A DNA stretch of 61,582 nucleotides. Origin: Candidatus Anderseniibacteriota bacterium. Its GTDB lineage: Bacteria > Patescibacteriota > Andersenbacteria > UBA10190. The stretch spans positions 33,130-94,711 of the forward strand of contig JBBDZC010000014.1 of assembly GCA_040900375.1 (NCBI GenBank), given 5' to 3'. Positions 26,274-35,339 of this stretch are shown in pieces. The first letter of the stretch is position 1, and each line of letters opens with the position of its first letter. The position numbers and the translations under genes were made by a program. Under the pieces are notes generated by a model. That model was not told the DNA's origin and searched no databases. It saw only the letters and a list, made by a program, of their open reading frames with translations.

Positions 26274-26639
26274 TTAGGCTGCTCCTAATATTTCCCTCGC
26301 CACAATCTGTACAATCACCCAGGATAGCACGACGATTGTTAAGCCAACGATAGCCCACTTGATGATTTTTTTAGCGTCGGTAACCTGCTGCTCACTACCA
26401 AACGCCGCAATTAAGCGGATGCCGCCCCAAATAATAGCCAGCAGCGCCAGCAAGCCGACTAAGCCCAGTAAAAAATCAATTACATTTATAATGAAGCCAC
26501 TAATATCATTGGTATCTAACGGGTTCTCAAATCCTTCCTCTACCGCTTGGGCGCTCGCTATGTGCGGCGCCACTATACTGGTAGTTAGCAGCAGTGCTAT
26601 AGCCACTCTTACTGCTATTTTTTTATGGTGATTGGTCAT
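26274..26639 (-). CDS. Small pilin-like membrane protein, paralog 5 of 5
   Basis: The likely start is MTNHHKKIAVRVAIALLLTTSIVAPHIASAQA at 26639, which overlaps the upstream gene by 17 nt. The core is VIDFLLGLVGLLALLAIIWGGIRLIAAFGSEQQVTDAKKIIKWAIVGL. Confidence 0.75.
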   Translation of the reverse strand: MTNHHKKIAVRVAIALLLTTSIVAPHIASAQAVEEGFENPLDTNDISGFIINVIDFLLGLVGLLALLAIIWGGIRLIAAFGSEQQVTDAKKIIKWAIVGLTIVVLSWVIVQIVAREILGAA

Positions 26640-27921
26640 CGTTTTCACGTAACTGATTGAGCTGATCTTGCGCGCGGCGGAGTGCTTCACTGGGTGTGGT
26701 CGCCTCACCCTTCACTATACTATCAATCATGGTGTTAAAGATAACGTCCGTCGCCACAATATCGGGCCGCGCCCACGTGGCCGCCGTTAATACCTGATCA
26801 GCAAAGACTCCGAGGGTGGGATCACGCTGGAATTCTTCGACGCTATCGCGCCGGGCAGGCGGGACTTGCTGGGCATGGTTAATGAGGAGCGAGGGCTCGC
26901 GGCCCGTCATGAAGCGCACGAATTGCCAGGCCGTTTGCGGCGCGGGCGAAGAGGCCGACACGCCGTATGGCCAGTAGGCAGCAAAGTTTACTTTATTCTG
27001 CTCGCTGCTATCGGCAATTTGCGGCAGGGGCGCAATCGCAAAGTTAAGCCGGGGATTTTTAGCCCGGACGGTGGCCACGTGGTACGAGTAGTTGAGCATC
27101 ATCGCCGTATCGCCTTCGGCAAAGGCATCAATGGAAAAATCCTGGCTCAAATCCCAGGTGTAAACCTTCTTAGCCTTGTTCGCAAAATCGGTATAGAAAA
27201 CCAGGGCACGATCGCCAATATCATTGGCAATGCTGACTGTCCCCTGCTCGGTGAGAATGGGGAGGCCACTTTGCAGCATGAGCAGCTGTAAGATATCAGC
27301 CGCGCGATTAATATTCTGGGCGGTGCCGAGAGCGATGGCGCTTTGCTGAATACTGCCGATGCGACTGACTCTCGTTACGCGCTCGACCACGCGCTGCATG
27401 TCGGTCCAGGTGGCGGGTGGCCTGGGAATACCCGCGGCATTGAGAATGTCTTTATTATAGTAGAGCGCCAGCGTATCAACTGACGTGGGCAGAGCATAAA
27501 CGCGGTCATCGCGCACCACATCGCGGGCCACCACATCCACAAATTCTTCTTGCACTGCACGCGTATCAATAACTTCAGCCGGCGCGGGGTTCAAGAGTCC
27601 TCGTTTGCTCTCGACCCAGGTGTGGTGCACAACAAAAACGTCGGGACCACGACCCTGTGCTAAGGCTTCCAGCAAGAGACGTTCGTAGTTAGCGACAGAG
27701 CCAATCTTGCGATACTCGACCTCCACCCCAAATTGCTGTTCGAACGCCTCAACTACCGGTGCCATATGGCTACTCTCTTGCCACAAGCCCCAGACTTCCA
27801 AAGCTCCCTGGAGCTGCTCATTGGTATCAGTCGTACGCCGACAACCAAAACCGGTGAGCAGCACGGCGCTTAAAACCAAGAGCAGCGCCAGGCGCAGACG
27901 GAATCGCAGTGAGTAAGACAT
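26623..27921 (-). CDS. ABC-transporter extracellular solute-binding protein (family 1, sugar-type) lipoprotein
   Basis: 432-aa ORF with a lipobox (LLTGFGC). Its length and motifs are typical of family-1 SBPs (DVFVVHHTW..., YYNKDIL..AGI..PP.TW). No permease or ATPase gene is adjacent. Confidence 0.75.
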   Translation of the reverse strand: MSYSLRFRLRLALLLVLSAVLLTGFGCRRTTDTNEQLQGALEVWGLWQESSHMAPVVEAFEQQFGVEVEYRKIGSVANYERLLLEALAQGRGPDVFVVHHTWVESKRGLLNPAPAEVIDTRAVQEEFVDVVARDVVRDDRVYALPTSVDTLALYYNKDILNAAGIPRPPATWTDMQRVVERVTRVSRIGSIQQSAIALGTAQNINRAADILQLLMLQSGLPILTEQGTVSIANDIGDRALVFYTDFANKAKKVYTWDLSQDFSIDAFAEGDTAMMLNYSYHVATVRAKNPRLNFAIAPLPQIADSSEQNKVNFAAYWPYGVSASSPAPQTAWQFVRFMTGREPSLLINHAQQVPPARRDSVEEFQRDPTLGVFADQVLTAATWARPDIVATDVIFNTMIDSIVKGEATTPSEALRRAQDQLNQLRENDDQSP

Positions 27922-27932
27922 AGAGCTTTTGA

Positions 27933-28478
27933 TTAAATCGGCGTCAGCAAAATGCCGTAATGATACGGGCTCGGTGTAAAGAAGCTTTTGACTTTAAGGT
28001 CGCAGGTAGCGGCCACCTCAAGCACTCTGTCCCGCGAGATGCGTTGTTTAGGCGGCGGGCCAAGGGGTGTGGCGAGGGTGTCCCAGTCAACGACGACCAC
28101 GGCACCTTCCGAGTGGACAATGCGGCGGGCTTCGGTCAGCATTTTTTGCGGATCGGCCTGGTGCAAAATGTTAGCCACGAGGACCCAGTCGGCAAAAGCG
28201 GCCGGCAGCGTGCTGCCGGCAGACTCGAGGTCGGAACGTACGGTGCGAATAATTTTTTCTAGCCCGGCGCGCCGGGCGCGACCATCTGCTTCCGCCAGCA
28301 TATCAGGCAGAATGTCGACACCGATAACTTTCCCTTTGGGGCCCACAATCATGGCGGCAGGGATAAGATAAAAACCAGCGCCGCAACCTAAGTGAGCAAC
28401 TGTTTGTTCGGCACGTAAACCCACGTCACGCCAAAATTCTTCAGGACGAATGAAGGACGAAGCGCTACCAGTCTGCAT
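27933..28478 (-). CDS. Class I SAM-dependent methyltransferase
   Basis: 181-aa ORF with motif I VAHLGCGAGFYLIPAA and post-I VIGVDILPDML. Confidence 0.8.
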   Translation of the reverse strand: MQTGSASSFIRPEEFWRDVGLRAEQTVAHLGCGAGFYLIPAAMIVGPKGKVIGVDILPDMLAEADGRARRAGLEKIIRTVRSDLESAGSTLPAAFADWVLVANILHQADPQKMLTEARRIVHSEGAVVVVDWDTLATPLGPPPKQRISRDRVLEVAATCDLKVKSFFTPSPYHYGILLTPI

Positions 28479-28550
28479 TGATTTAGAATATCACAAAAGG
28501 GTTGGGGCCAAAAAGAAATGCGGCGGTCGCGCACACAGACAAGCGAGTAC

Positions 28551-31049
28551 TTACTCGCCTACCCACGTGGTAAATGTGGCTACTTTACCACTCTGGTCGC
28601 TGGAGCGCATGAGGCGCACTCCTTGGGTCGAGCGTCCTTGCTCACTAACAGTGTCAGCGGCAATGCGAATCACTTGGCCCTTTTGCGAGATCACGAGGAT
28701 ATCAGTCGCGGAGAGTTGAGACTGATTAATGATGGCAGCATTGACAACTTTGCCGGTTTTGGCCGTGAGGTTGGCTGTTTTAATCCCCGAGCCGCCGCGG
28801 CCCTGTCGTCGGTACTGGGTTAAGGGTGTGCGTTTCCCTAATCCCTCTTCGGTAATAACAACCACCTGTTTGTCTTTATCCTGGCCAGTCGGGATAACGT
28901 GCATGGCCACCACGAGGTCCCCGCGGCGCAGGCGCATGCCGCGGACACCAGCGGCAGTCCGCCCCATCGGCCGCACATCAGTTTCGGAAAAGAGAATGGC
29001 TTGACCTTGGTGTGAAACCAAAATGATTGCATCTTTGCCAGAGGAAACAGCAACCCATTCAAGCTGGTCGTTATTTTTGAGGGTGATGGCGCGCAATCCC
29101 GAGCGGCGGATGTTAGCAAAAGCTTCACGAGGCGTTTTCTTAATGAGGCCGGCACGAGTGGCCATAAGTAAGTATTTGCCATCATCATCACCGGGCAAGG
29201 CTTGGACAGCAGTGACTTTTTCCTGGGGGGCTAGTTCTAAAAAGTTCTGGAGCGCTTGCCCCTTGGCGGCTCGTGTGGTAGCCGGAATTTCGTAGGCCTT
29301 GGCAGCAAACACGCGGCCCTGGTTAGTGAAGAAGAGCAATTCTTTGTGGGTGGTGGTGGCTAAGAAAATATCTACCATGTCCTCTTCTTTCGTGACCATG
29401 CCGCGCACGCCCTTACCACCACGCCCTTGAACGTGATAAGCAGCCGTTGCCATGCGCTTGATATAGCCGCCACGGGTAATGGTTACGATGGTGGCATCAT
29501 CAGGAACGAGATCTTCTTGCGAAAAATCACCGACTGGCTGGGCAAAGACGCGTGTGCGGCGCTCATCGGCAAAAGCATTCTTGAGTGTCTGGTACTCACC
29601 CTTAATAATGCTGAAGATTTTTTTCTTATCGCGTAAAATACCTTCAAGTTCTTTAATGAGTTGCTTCTTCTCGCGTAACTCATCTTCTATTTTCTTACGC
29701 TCGAGGCCGGAGAGCGTTTGCAAGCGCATTTCTAAAATGGCGGTGGCTTGGGCTTCAGAAAGGCGAAACTCTTGCCGCAGATTCACATGCGCTGTTTCAC
29801 GGCTACGACTCTTTTTAATCGTGGCAATAACGGCATCGATATGATCAAGCGCTTTCTTTAAACCCTCTAAGATGTGGGCACGTTCACGGGCTTTCTTAAG
29901 GTCAAATTCTGTCCGACGTACGACTACTTCCTGACGGTGGTTAATGTGCTCGGATAAGACCTCTTTAAGTGTCAGTACCTTGGGTTGCTGGCCGCGGTCG
30001 ACAAGCGCCAGCATGTTGACGTGGAACGTTTTCTGTAAATCAGTGATGGCAAAGAGACGATTCAAAACCTTGCGAGGGTATGCGTCTTTCTTTAATTCAA
30101 TGACAACGCGAATACCATCTTTATCAGATTCGTCCCGTAAATCACGGATGCCCTCGAGGCGCTTATCTTTAACCCCATCGGCAATTTTGGTAAGCAGCGC
30201 TGATTTATTAACCAAGTAGGGAATTTCGCGCACGATAATGCGATGTGCCCCGCGCGCATCTTCCTCAATATCGGCTAAGGCCCGCATCACAATACTGCCT
30301 TTCCCTGTAGCATAGGCCTGAACTATTTCGCGACGATCATAAATTGCGGCACCTGTAGGAAGATCAGGGCCTTTAATAAACCGCATTAAGTCTGCTACGG
30401 TGGCGTCTGGGTTATCAATCAGATGGCTCGCCGCATCACAGACCTCACCGAGATTGTGGGGGGGAACATTGGTAGCCATACCGACAGCGATGCCGAGCGT
30501 ACCGTTAACTAAAAACTGGGGCAGGCGACTGGGCAAAACAATCGGTTCTTGCCGAGTGCCATCATAGTTATCCCGCATGTTCACGGTCTCTTTATCAATA
30601 TCGAGCATCATTTCATCAGCCACCTTGGCGAGGTGCGCTTCGGTATACCGCATCGCCGCCGGGGCATCGCCATCAATACTGCCCCAGTTACCCTGGCCTT
30701 CAATCAAGGGGTAGCGCATGGAAAAATCTTGCGTAAGGCGAGCTAAGGCATCGTAGAGGGCAATATCACCGTGAGGATGGTATTTGCCTAAAACATCACC
30801 AACAACATGGGCACTTTTGCGGAATTTACTCGAGGAACGTAGGCCCAAGCGCCACATGGAGTAGAGAATGCGGCGCGCCACAGGCTTCATACCATCGCGG
30901 ACATCGGGCAGGGCGCGCGCGACAATCACGCTCATGGCATAGTCCAAGTAACTCTTTTGAATTTCCGCAGAAAGACTCTGCTCAATCAGCTTGCCGATTG
31001 AAGCGCCAGGCGTATCACTACGTACCGAAGATTTTGGTGATTTCTTCAT
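28551..31049 (-). CDS. gyrA: DNA gyrase subunit A
   Basis: 832-aa ORF with [30 protein letters not shown], the AAMRYTEA active-site Tyr region and C-terminal beta-pinwheel repeats. Confidence 0.97.
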   Translation of the reverse strand: MKKSPKSSVRSDTPGASIGKLIEQSLSAEIQKSYLDYAMSVIVARALPDVRDGMKPVARRILYSMWRLGLRSSSKFRKSAHVVGDVLGKYHPHGDIALYDALARLTQDFSMRYPLIEGQGNWGSIDGDAPAAMRYTEAHLAKVADEMMLDIDKETVNMRDNYDGTRQEPIVLPSRLPQFLVNGTLGIAVGMATNVPPHNLGEVCDAASHLIDNPDATVADLMRFIKGPDLPTGAAIYDRREIVQAYATGKGSIVMRALADIEEDARGAHRIIVREIPYLVNKSALLTKIADGVKDKRLEGIRDLRDESDKDGIRVVIELKKDAYPRKVLNRLFAITDLQKTFHVNMLALVDRGQQPKVLTLKEVLSEHINHRQEVVVRRTEFDLKKARERAHILEGLKKALDHIDAVIATIKKSRSRETAHVNLRQEFRLSEAQATAILEMRLQTLSGLERKKIEDELREKKQLIKELEGILRDKKKIFSIIKGEYQTLKNAFADERRTRVFAQPVGDFSQEDLVPDDATIVTITRGGYIKRMATAAYHVQGRGGKGVRGMVTKEEDMVDIFLATTTHKELLFFTNQGRVFAAKAYEIPATTRAAKGQALQNFLELAPQEKVTAVQALPGDDDGKYLLMATRAGLIKKTPREAFANIRRSGLRAITLKNNDQLEWVAVSSGKDAIILVSHQGQAILFSETDVRPMGRTAAGVRGMRLRRGDLVVAMHVIPTGQDKDKQVVVITEEGLGKRTPLTQYRRQGRGGSGIKTANLTAKTGKVVNAAIINQSQLSATDILVISQKGQVIRIAADTVSEQGRSTQGVRLMRSSDQSGKVATFTTWVGE

Positions 31050-31073
31050 ACCCAGGACCAGCGATTGATTGTC

Positions 31074-31469
31074 TTACTCAACTTCGACAGGAGCCGTATT
31101 CTCCTGCAGTGCGGTAGGTAGCGGTGAGGGACTGACGGGCACGAAGGGTGAGGCAGGTCGAGTATCATTATTCAGAGGTAGTTGGGGAGTGGGTGTAGGG
31201 TTGACAGTACCAGCAACCTGGGAGCGCAGTGGAGGAAGTGGTTGACCGAGGAGATTAGAGGAAGGCAGAGGCGAAGGCGAGGGGATCAAGACTTGGCGGC
31301 CGGTAGCGTTATCTCCTCGGTTTAGTTTTAACTGGAGGGGCAAGAGAATCGTCAACCAGACAATCACCAGCACCACCCCCGAGGCAGCGGTCAGCAAGGA
31401 AGCGGCCCGGAGACGTACTGGCTCGGGTTGCTGTCGCAGATATTCAATTTTTTCCTTTATTTTCCTCAT
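31074..31469 (-). CDS. Single-pass membrane protein with a Pro-rich ectodomain
   Basis: 131-aa ORF with a TM segment (AASLLTAASGVVLVIVWLTILLPL) followed by Pro/Ser-rich sequence. Confidence 0.5.
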   Translation of the reverse strand: MRKIKEKIEYLRQQPEPVRLRAASLLTAASGVVLVIVWLTILLPLQLKLNRGDNATGRQVLIPSPSPLPSSNLLGQPLPPLRSQVAGTVNPTPTPQLPLNNDTRPASPFVPVSPSPLPTALQENTAPVEVE

Positions 31470-31503
31470 TAGTGAGACGGCTCCAAAGGGGTCTGCAACT
31501 ATA

Positions 31504-32145
31504 CTACGGCATCAGCAGGACAATAGCCAGCTCATCTTGGGGGATATTTTTGCGCTTAAGAATTAGTTTTTTCTCGCGCTGGGCAGGATTAACTCCCATT
31601 TCTTTAGCAAACTGCTCTACACCCTCAAGTTTATCCGTGAGCTTCGGCAGAGCAAAATGAATCGGAATTACGATCCGCGGCTCGAGCTTGCTGGTGAGTG
31701 CTAAAGCCTGGGATGCTGATAATGATCCGCCACCACCTACGGGAACAAAGAGAACGTCAATGTCTGTCTTTTCGAGCTCTTGGAGTTCATGATCAGTCAT
31801 CTCACGATTTAAAGCACCGACATGGAGCAAGACTATATCCTCAATTTGCCAACGCTGCAGGTTGTGCTCATGGCCTGCTTGATCGTGCCAACCCAAGGCG
31901 TGGAGCGTGAAGCCGTTGAGAGCATACTCACCGGCGCTGCTCAAGATGTGGGGTTCATCCTGGATACCACTGATATGCGACATTGTCGGATCCTCGGGAG
32001 AACTCAACGCGATAACATTTGCCTTGGAGCGAAATAAAGGCAGCCCCGTGGTCGGCGCATAAGGATCAAGCACGATTGTCGTCTCGCCCGTTTGGAGTTT
32101 CAAGGTAAATTGTCCATGCCAAGTAATGTGCATACTTGAGGACAC
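31504..32145 (-). CDS. Metallo-beta-lactamase-fold hydrolase (UPF0173-like)
   Basis: 213-aa ORF. MHITWHGQFTLKLQTGETTIVLDPY... and VGGGGSLSASQA resemble the UPF0173/MBL family. Confidence 0.65.
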   Translation of the reverse strand: MSSSMHITWHGQFTLKLQTGETTIVLDPYAPTTGLPLFRSKANVIALSSPEDPTMSHISGIQDEPHILSSAGEYALNGFTLHALGWHDQAGHEHNLQRWQIEDIVLLHVGALNREMTDHELQELEKTDIDVLFVPVGGGGSLSASQALALTSKLEPRIVIPIHFALPKLTDKLEGVEQFAKEMGVNPAQREKKLILKRKNIPQDELAIVLLMP

Positions 32146-32380
32146 GATACTCTATTTGCTCACTCTTTGGGAAGAGAGGTCTTTTGTTACTTGGTAGTTT
32201 TTGGGCGTATCTTAAAAAAGGTGGGTGGGGTGGGCTACTACACAATATTGCATTTTAAGAGAGTTTATGTCATTATTGCACCCCAAAGAATACCTTGCTG
32301 TTTATCCGCGGAGGTGCTTGATTGATTTTATATTTTAAAGATACTACAGTACTCACAGTATAAAATTTTTATCCGTAAAT

Positions 32381-33628
32381 ATGGCAACCGAAACTACAAC
32401 AAAGAAGCCGAGTGTTATGGAAGCGCTTTTAGCGCAGCATGAGCAATTGAGTACCGTGCCTTCTATCGGCGATATTATTACTGGCTCGATTCTTGATAAG
32501 GCTCGCAATGCCATGTACCTTGACCTCGGTACGCTAGGAGTAGGAGTCATTTACGGACGGGAGCTTTTTGATGACCTGGATACATTTAAGAACGCTAAAA
32601 TTGGCGATCCGATCCAGGCCACGATTCAGTCGATTGAAAATGATGAGGGTTATGTTGAATTATCACTGCGGACAGCTACCCGGGAGCGGAGTTGGGACGA
32701 ATTGCGTCGTAAGCTCGACCAAGGTGATATTTTTACGACAGAAATCTTGGACGCGAATAAAGGCGGATTGATTGTGCGGGTCAATGGCATCACAGGCTTC
32801 CTGCCAGTATCGCAACTTGCTCCTGACCACTACCCGCGGGTTGAGGGCGGTGATAAAAATCAAATATTAGAGCGTCTCAAGGGTTATGCCGGAGAACATT
32901 TCAAAGTGAAGGTCATCACGGCTGTCCAGGAAGAAGAAAAATTAATCGTCTCAGAAAAGGCAGCAATTGGTGATGAAATGAGTGAGCTACTCAAGAACCT
33001 GAAAGAGGGTACGGTGGTTCACGGTGAAGTCAGTGGCGTGGTAGATTTTGGTGTCTTTATCAAATTCCAAGAAGATGGCAACGATCTCGAGGGCTTGGTG
33101 CATATCTCGGAACTGGCGTGGCAGCGAATTGATAGCCCAGCAGATTTTGTGCGGGTGGGCGAAAAAGTTGATGCTAAAGTCATTGGCGTGGATGGGTTGC
33201 GCATCTCACTCTCAATGAAGCAACTCAAAGAAGATCCTTGGAAAAATGTTACTAAGAAATATAATCTGGGCGATCAAGTGAAGGGACAAATTCTGAAAGT
33301 CACCCCTTTTGGCGGATTCGTCAAACTGGATGAGGATATTCATGGCTTGGTGCATATTTCGGAACTGCCGGAAGAAGCGCAAAAAAATCCCTCGCTATTA
33401 CTGACCGCGGGCACAAGCAAAGAGTTTACAATTATTTCTCTTGAGCCTCATGAGCATCGCTTAGGCTTAAGTCTCCGTTCTCACCCCCCTGAAGCTACAG
33501 AAAAAAAGAAGCAGGCGCGGCCGGCAAAGGAAAAAGTGGAGGCGCACGATGAGTCGGGCGCAGAACCAAAAAAAACTTCGCCCAAGAAGAAAAAGAAGAA
33601 GGCTACCACAACAGCGTCGGGTGAGTAA
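32381..33628 (+). CDS. rpsA: 30S ribosomal protein S1-like (four S1 domains) with a Lys-rich tail
   Basis: 415-aa ORF with repeated S1 motifs (GDIITGSIL..., GTVVHGEVSGVVDFGVFIKF, GDQVKGQILKVTPFGGFVKL). The C-terminus is KKKQARPAKEKVEAHDESGAEPKKTSPKKKKKKATTT. Confidence 0.85.
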   Translation: MATETTTKKPSVMEALLAQHEQLSTVPSIGDIITGSILDKARNAMYLDLGTLGVGVIYGRELFDDLDTFKNAKIGDPIQATIQSIENDEGYVELSLRTATRERSWDELRRKLDQGDIFTTEILDANKGGLIVRVNGITGFLPVSQLAPDHYPRVEGGDKNQILERLKGYAGEHFKVKVITAVQEEEKLIVSEKAAIGDEMSELLKNLKEGTVVHGEVSGVVDFGVFIKFQEDGNDLEGLVHISELAWQRIDSPADFVRVGEKVDAKVIGVDGLRISLSMKQLKEDPWKNVTKKYNLGDQVKGQILKVTPFGGFVKLDEDIHGLVHISELPEEAQKNPSLLLTAGTSKEFTIISLEPHEHRLGLSLRSHPPEATEKKKQARPAKEKVEAHDESGAEPKKTSPKKKKKKATTTASGE

Positions 33629-33647
33629 CCTGATATTAAAGTGCACA

Positions 33648-33676
33648 ATCGCCATAGAATCATGGCGATTTTTTTA
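33648..33676 (+). terminator. Rho-independent terminator of rpsA
   Basis: ATCGCCAT-AGAATC-ATGGCGAT followed by TTTTTTT. Confidence 0.8.
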
Positions 33677-33723
33677 TTGCACCCCATAAATAGCCTGCGG
33701 TCTGGTTACGAGAGAAGCTTCAT
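33672..33723 (+). repeat. Intergenic box family C, copy 2
   Basis: TTTTATTGCACCCCATAAATAG...AGAAGCTTCAT. Confidence 0.7.
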
Positions 33724-33744
33724 GACTCGTTTATCTTGAAAATG

Positions 33745-33818
33745 TCGGGGATGCGAGATTCGAACTCGCGACCTCAGCGACCCGAACGCTGCGCGCTACC
33801 GGACTGCGCTAATCCCCG
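33745..33818 (-). tRNA. tRNA-Pro(CGG)
   Basis: Manual cloverleaf on the reverse strand: CGGGGAT-TA-GCGC..GCGC-G-CAGCG-TTCGGGT-CGCTG-AGGTC-GCGAG-TTCGAAT-CTCGC-ATCCCCG-A. Confidence 0.9.
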
Positions 33819-33934
33819 TCGTAGGATCACCATACTGAAATTCAGCCGCACACGCAAAGTAGTGCCTTATAAAAGTCACTACGGGTATAAGCCCGTGGTA
33901 TCGGGGGACTTTTGTCTGCGGCGTGCCGGCTCCG

Positions 33935-33986
33935 CCGGGACAGTGACAAAGCCCTTCATCCTCGGGCTTACGGACTCCAGATAAAG
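33935..33986. repeat. 52-nt conserved non-coding motif (family D), copy 2
   Basis: ccgggacagtgacaaagcccttcatcctcgggcttacggactccagataaa matches 12083-12134. It lies about 115 nt from the 5' end of tRNA-Pro. Confidence 0.85.
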
Positions 33987-34029
33987 AAAAAAACTCCGTC
34001 ATATCGAGAGTGAGGTATACTGAAGTGTA

Positions 34030-34080
34030 ATGAAGCCATCCCCGCCGCCAGCGGCGGGGTATTTGCGAGGTGCAATAAAA
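34030..34080 (-). repeat. Intergenic box family C, copy 3
   Basis: ATGAAGCC-ATCCCCGCCGCCAGCGGCGGGG-TATTTGCGAGGTGCAATAAAA, which is the reverse orientation of copies 1 and 2. Confidence 0.75.
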
Positions 34081-34103
34081 AACGCTCTAGCAATACTAGA
34101 TTA

Positions 34104-34718
34104 CTAGAGCTGAACGAGCCAGGGACGCGAGCGGCGATGCTGCCGCATTATCTCGAGTATTTCCAGTTCGCTCTGGTTATGATAATCGGCGATCAACATT
34201 GCCCCAAATTCTTCCCGGCTGCGATTGAGAGGAATTGGTCCCAACAAACTAGTTTGGGAAAAGAATAGCTCCGTCGTATCTTCATCCACCGTTGTTAATA
34301 ACCCTCGAGCAAAAGCGCGGGCGGCTAAGCGGTCAACGCAATCCCACTGGTGAAATCCACCCAATACCAGCTGTTCAGGATTTCGATCTTGGCAGAGACG
34401 AGTAATCAGTTTGTCAGAATCGGGATAAAGATCTTGGGTCGTATGGGCCTGGAATGAGACACCAGAAGCCATAACCTTATCGTGCTGGTCAATCACAATA
34501 TAAGGAGATTGAGTGATGCGATCAGGTTGCTCTCGGTCAGCCTCTATAGAGAAGAATAACCAGTAGATCATGTACCCCTGTCGTCGGTAACGATGATCAA
34601 TAATCTCATTGAGGCGATTAATGTCATACCCTTGTCGTTGACAATTGCGGAGCGAGATTCCCACTACCCCTTCCGTGAAGTATTCTTGAATCGGATAGCA
34701 GTAGAGAAACACTTTCAT
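34104..34718 (-). CDS. Hypothetical protein, possibly with an isochorismatase/cysteine-hydrolase-like fold
   Basis: An AAGGA Shine-Dalgarno precedes the ATG at 34718 (MKVFLYCYPIQEYF...). LVLGGFHQWDCVDRLAARAFARGLLTTVDEDTTE resembles the Cys-containing strand-helix of cysteine hydrolases. The functional call is weak. Confidence 0.55.
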   Translation of the reverse strand: MKVFLYCYPIQEYFTEGVVGISLRNCQRQGYDINRLNEIIDHRYRRQGYMIYWLFFSIEADREQPDRITQSPYIVIDQHDKVMASGVSFQAHTTQDLYPDSDKLITRLCQDRNPEQLVLGGFHQWDCVDRLAARAFARGLLTTVDEDTTELFFSQTSLLGPIPLNRSREEFGAMLIADYHNQSELEILEIMRQHRRSRPWLVQL

Positions 34719-34761
34719 GGTATGGCAGTCCTTATGTGATGGATTCAAAGAACAGGTATCA

Positions 34762-34837
34762 CCCCGTTAGAAGTAAGCCGTCTCTTGTGAGCGGCTGCCG
34801 CCCCCGCTTTGCGCGGGAAGGGGGACTTCTAACGGGG
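34762..34837. mobile_element. MITE-like element (family B), short variant, abutting the tRNA-Ala(CGC) 3' end
   Basis: The termini are CCCCGTTAG (34762-34770) and CTAACGGGG (34829-34837). The interior is homologous to the copy at 49265-49337, with one compensatory stem change. No clear target duplication is present at this copy. Confidence 0.6.
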
Positions 34838-34908
34838 TGGACCTGGGCGGAATCGGACCGCCGCCTCGGCAATGCGAATGCCGTGTTATACCACTTAACT
34901 ACAGGCCC
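34838..34908 (-). tRNA. tRNA-Ala(CGC)
   Basis: Manual cloverleaf: acceptor GGGCCTG/CAGGTCC with the G3:U70 alanine identity pair, anticodon loop TTCGCAT. Confidence 0.9.
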
Positions 34909-35058
34909 GTAGAGCAAGCTCGATATGTCCCGCTTTAGCGGGACGAAATATTACTTGTTTATAGAAGAATACACACTAAGGACTCATTTAGTCTAGTTCA
35001 GGACACATCGAAAAATCTTTCTGAACCCAGTATTTTTTGTAAGAAGTTTAGCGAGGCC

Positions 35059-35193
35059 CTTCGACTTCGTGTCTTAGCACTTCGCTCAGAGTTCTTCGTC
35101 TCGGCGCATACCAAAAAAGCTTTCTTAATACGAGAAAGCTTTCTAAGAGCGAAGGGTTTACTCTGAGCGAGGCGCCTTAGCGCCGAGTCGAAG
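35059..35193. repeat. 135-nt imperfect palindrome abutting the tRNA-Ala(GGC) 3' end
   Basis: Nested inverted repeats: CTTCGACT (35059-35066) with AGTCGAAG (35186-35193), TCGCTCAGAG (35082-35091) with CTCTGAGCGA (35161-35170), and AGCTTTCT with AGAAAGCT around the loop taatacg (35126-35132). Confidence 0.7.
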
Positions 35194-35195
35194 AG

Positions 35196-35268
35196 TGGAC
35201 CCAACCGGGATCGAACCGGTCACCTCATCCATGCCATGGATGCGCTCTACCAAATGAGCTATGGGCCC
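35196..35268 (-). tRNA. tRNA-Ala(GGC)
   Basis: Manual cloverleaf: acceptor GGGCCCA/TGGGTCC with G3:U70, anticodon arm CATCC-ATGGCAT-GGATG. Confidence 0.9.
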
Positions 35269-35339
35269 GTATGTTACAACGTAGTCATTCCCCTAAAATG
35301 TATTAGGCCATAATACCAACTTTTTTTAAAGTCGCAAGG

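Noticed and set aside
33736-34002. Track ORFs 33736..33984 (+) and 33796..34002 (-), and similarly 11937..12140 (-) and 12066..12284 (+).
   Set aside because: They overlap tRNA-Pro and/or the 52-nt family D motif. The two motif copies are read in different frames, so there is no protein-level conservation. No Shine-Dalgarno sites are present.
34998-35204. A 68-aa ORF on the reverse strand downstream of tRNA-Ala(GGC).
   Set aside because: It overlaps the tRNA 3' end and runs through the 135-nt nested palindrome. Its composition is low-complexity and there is no Shine-Dalgarno site.
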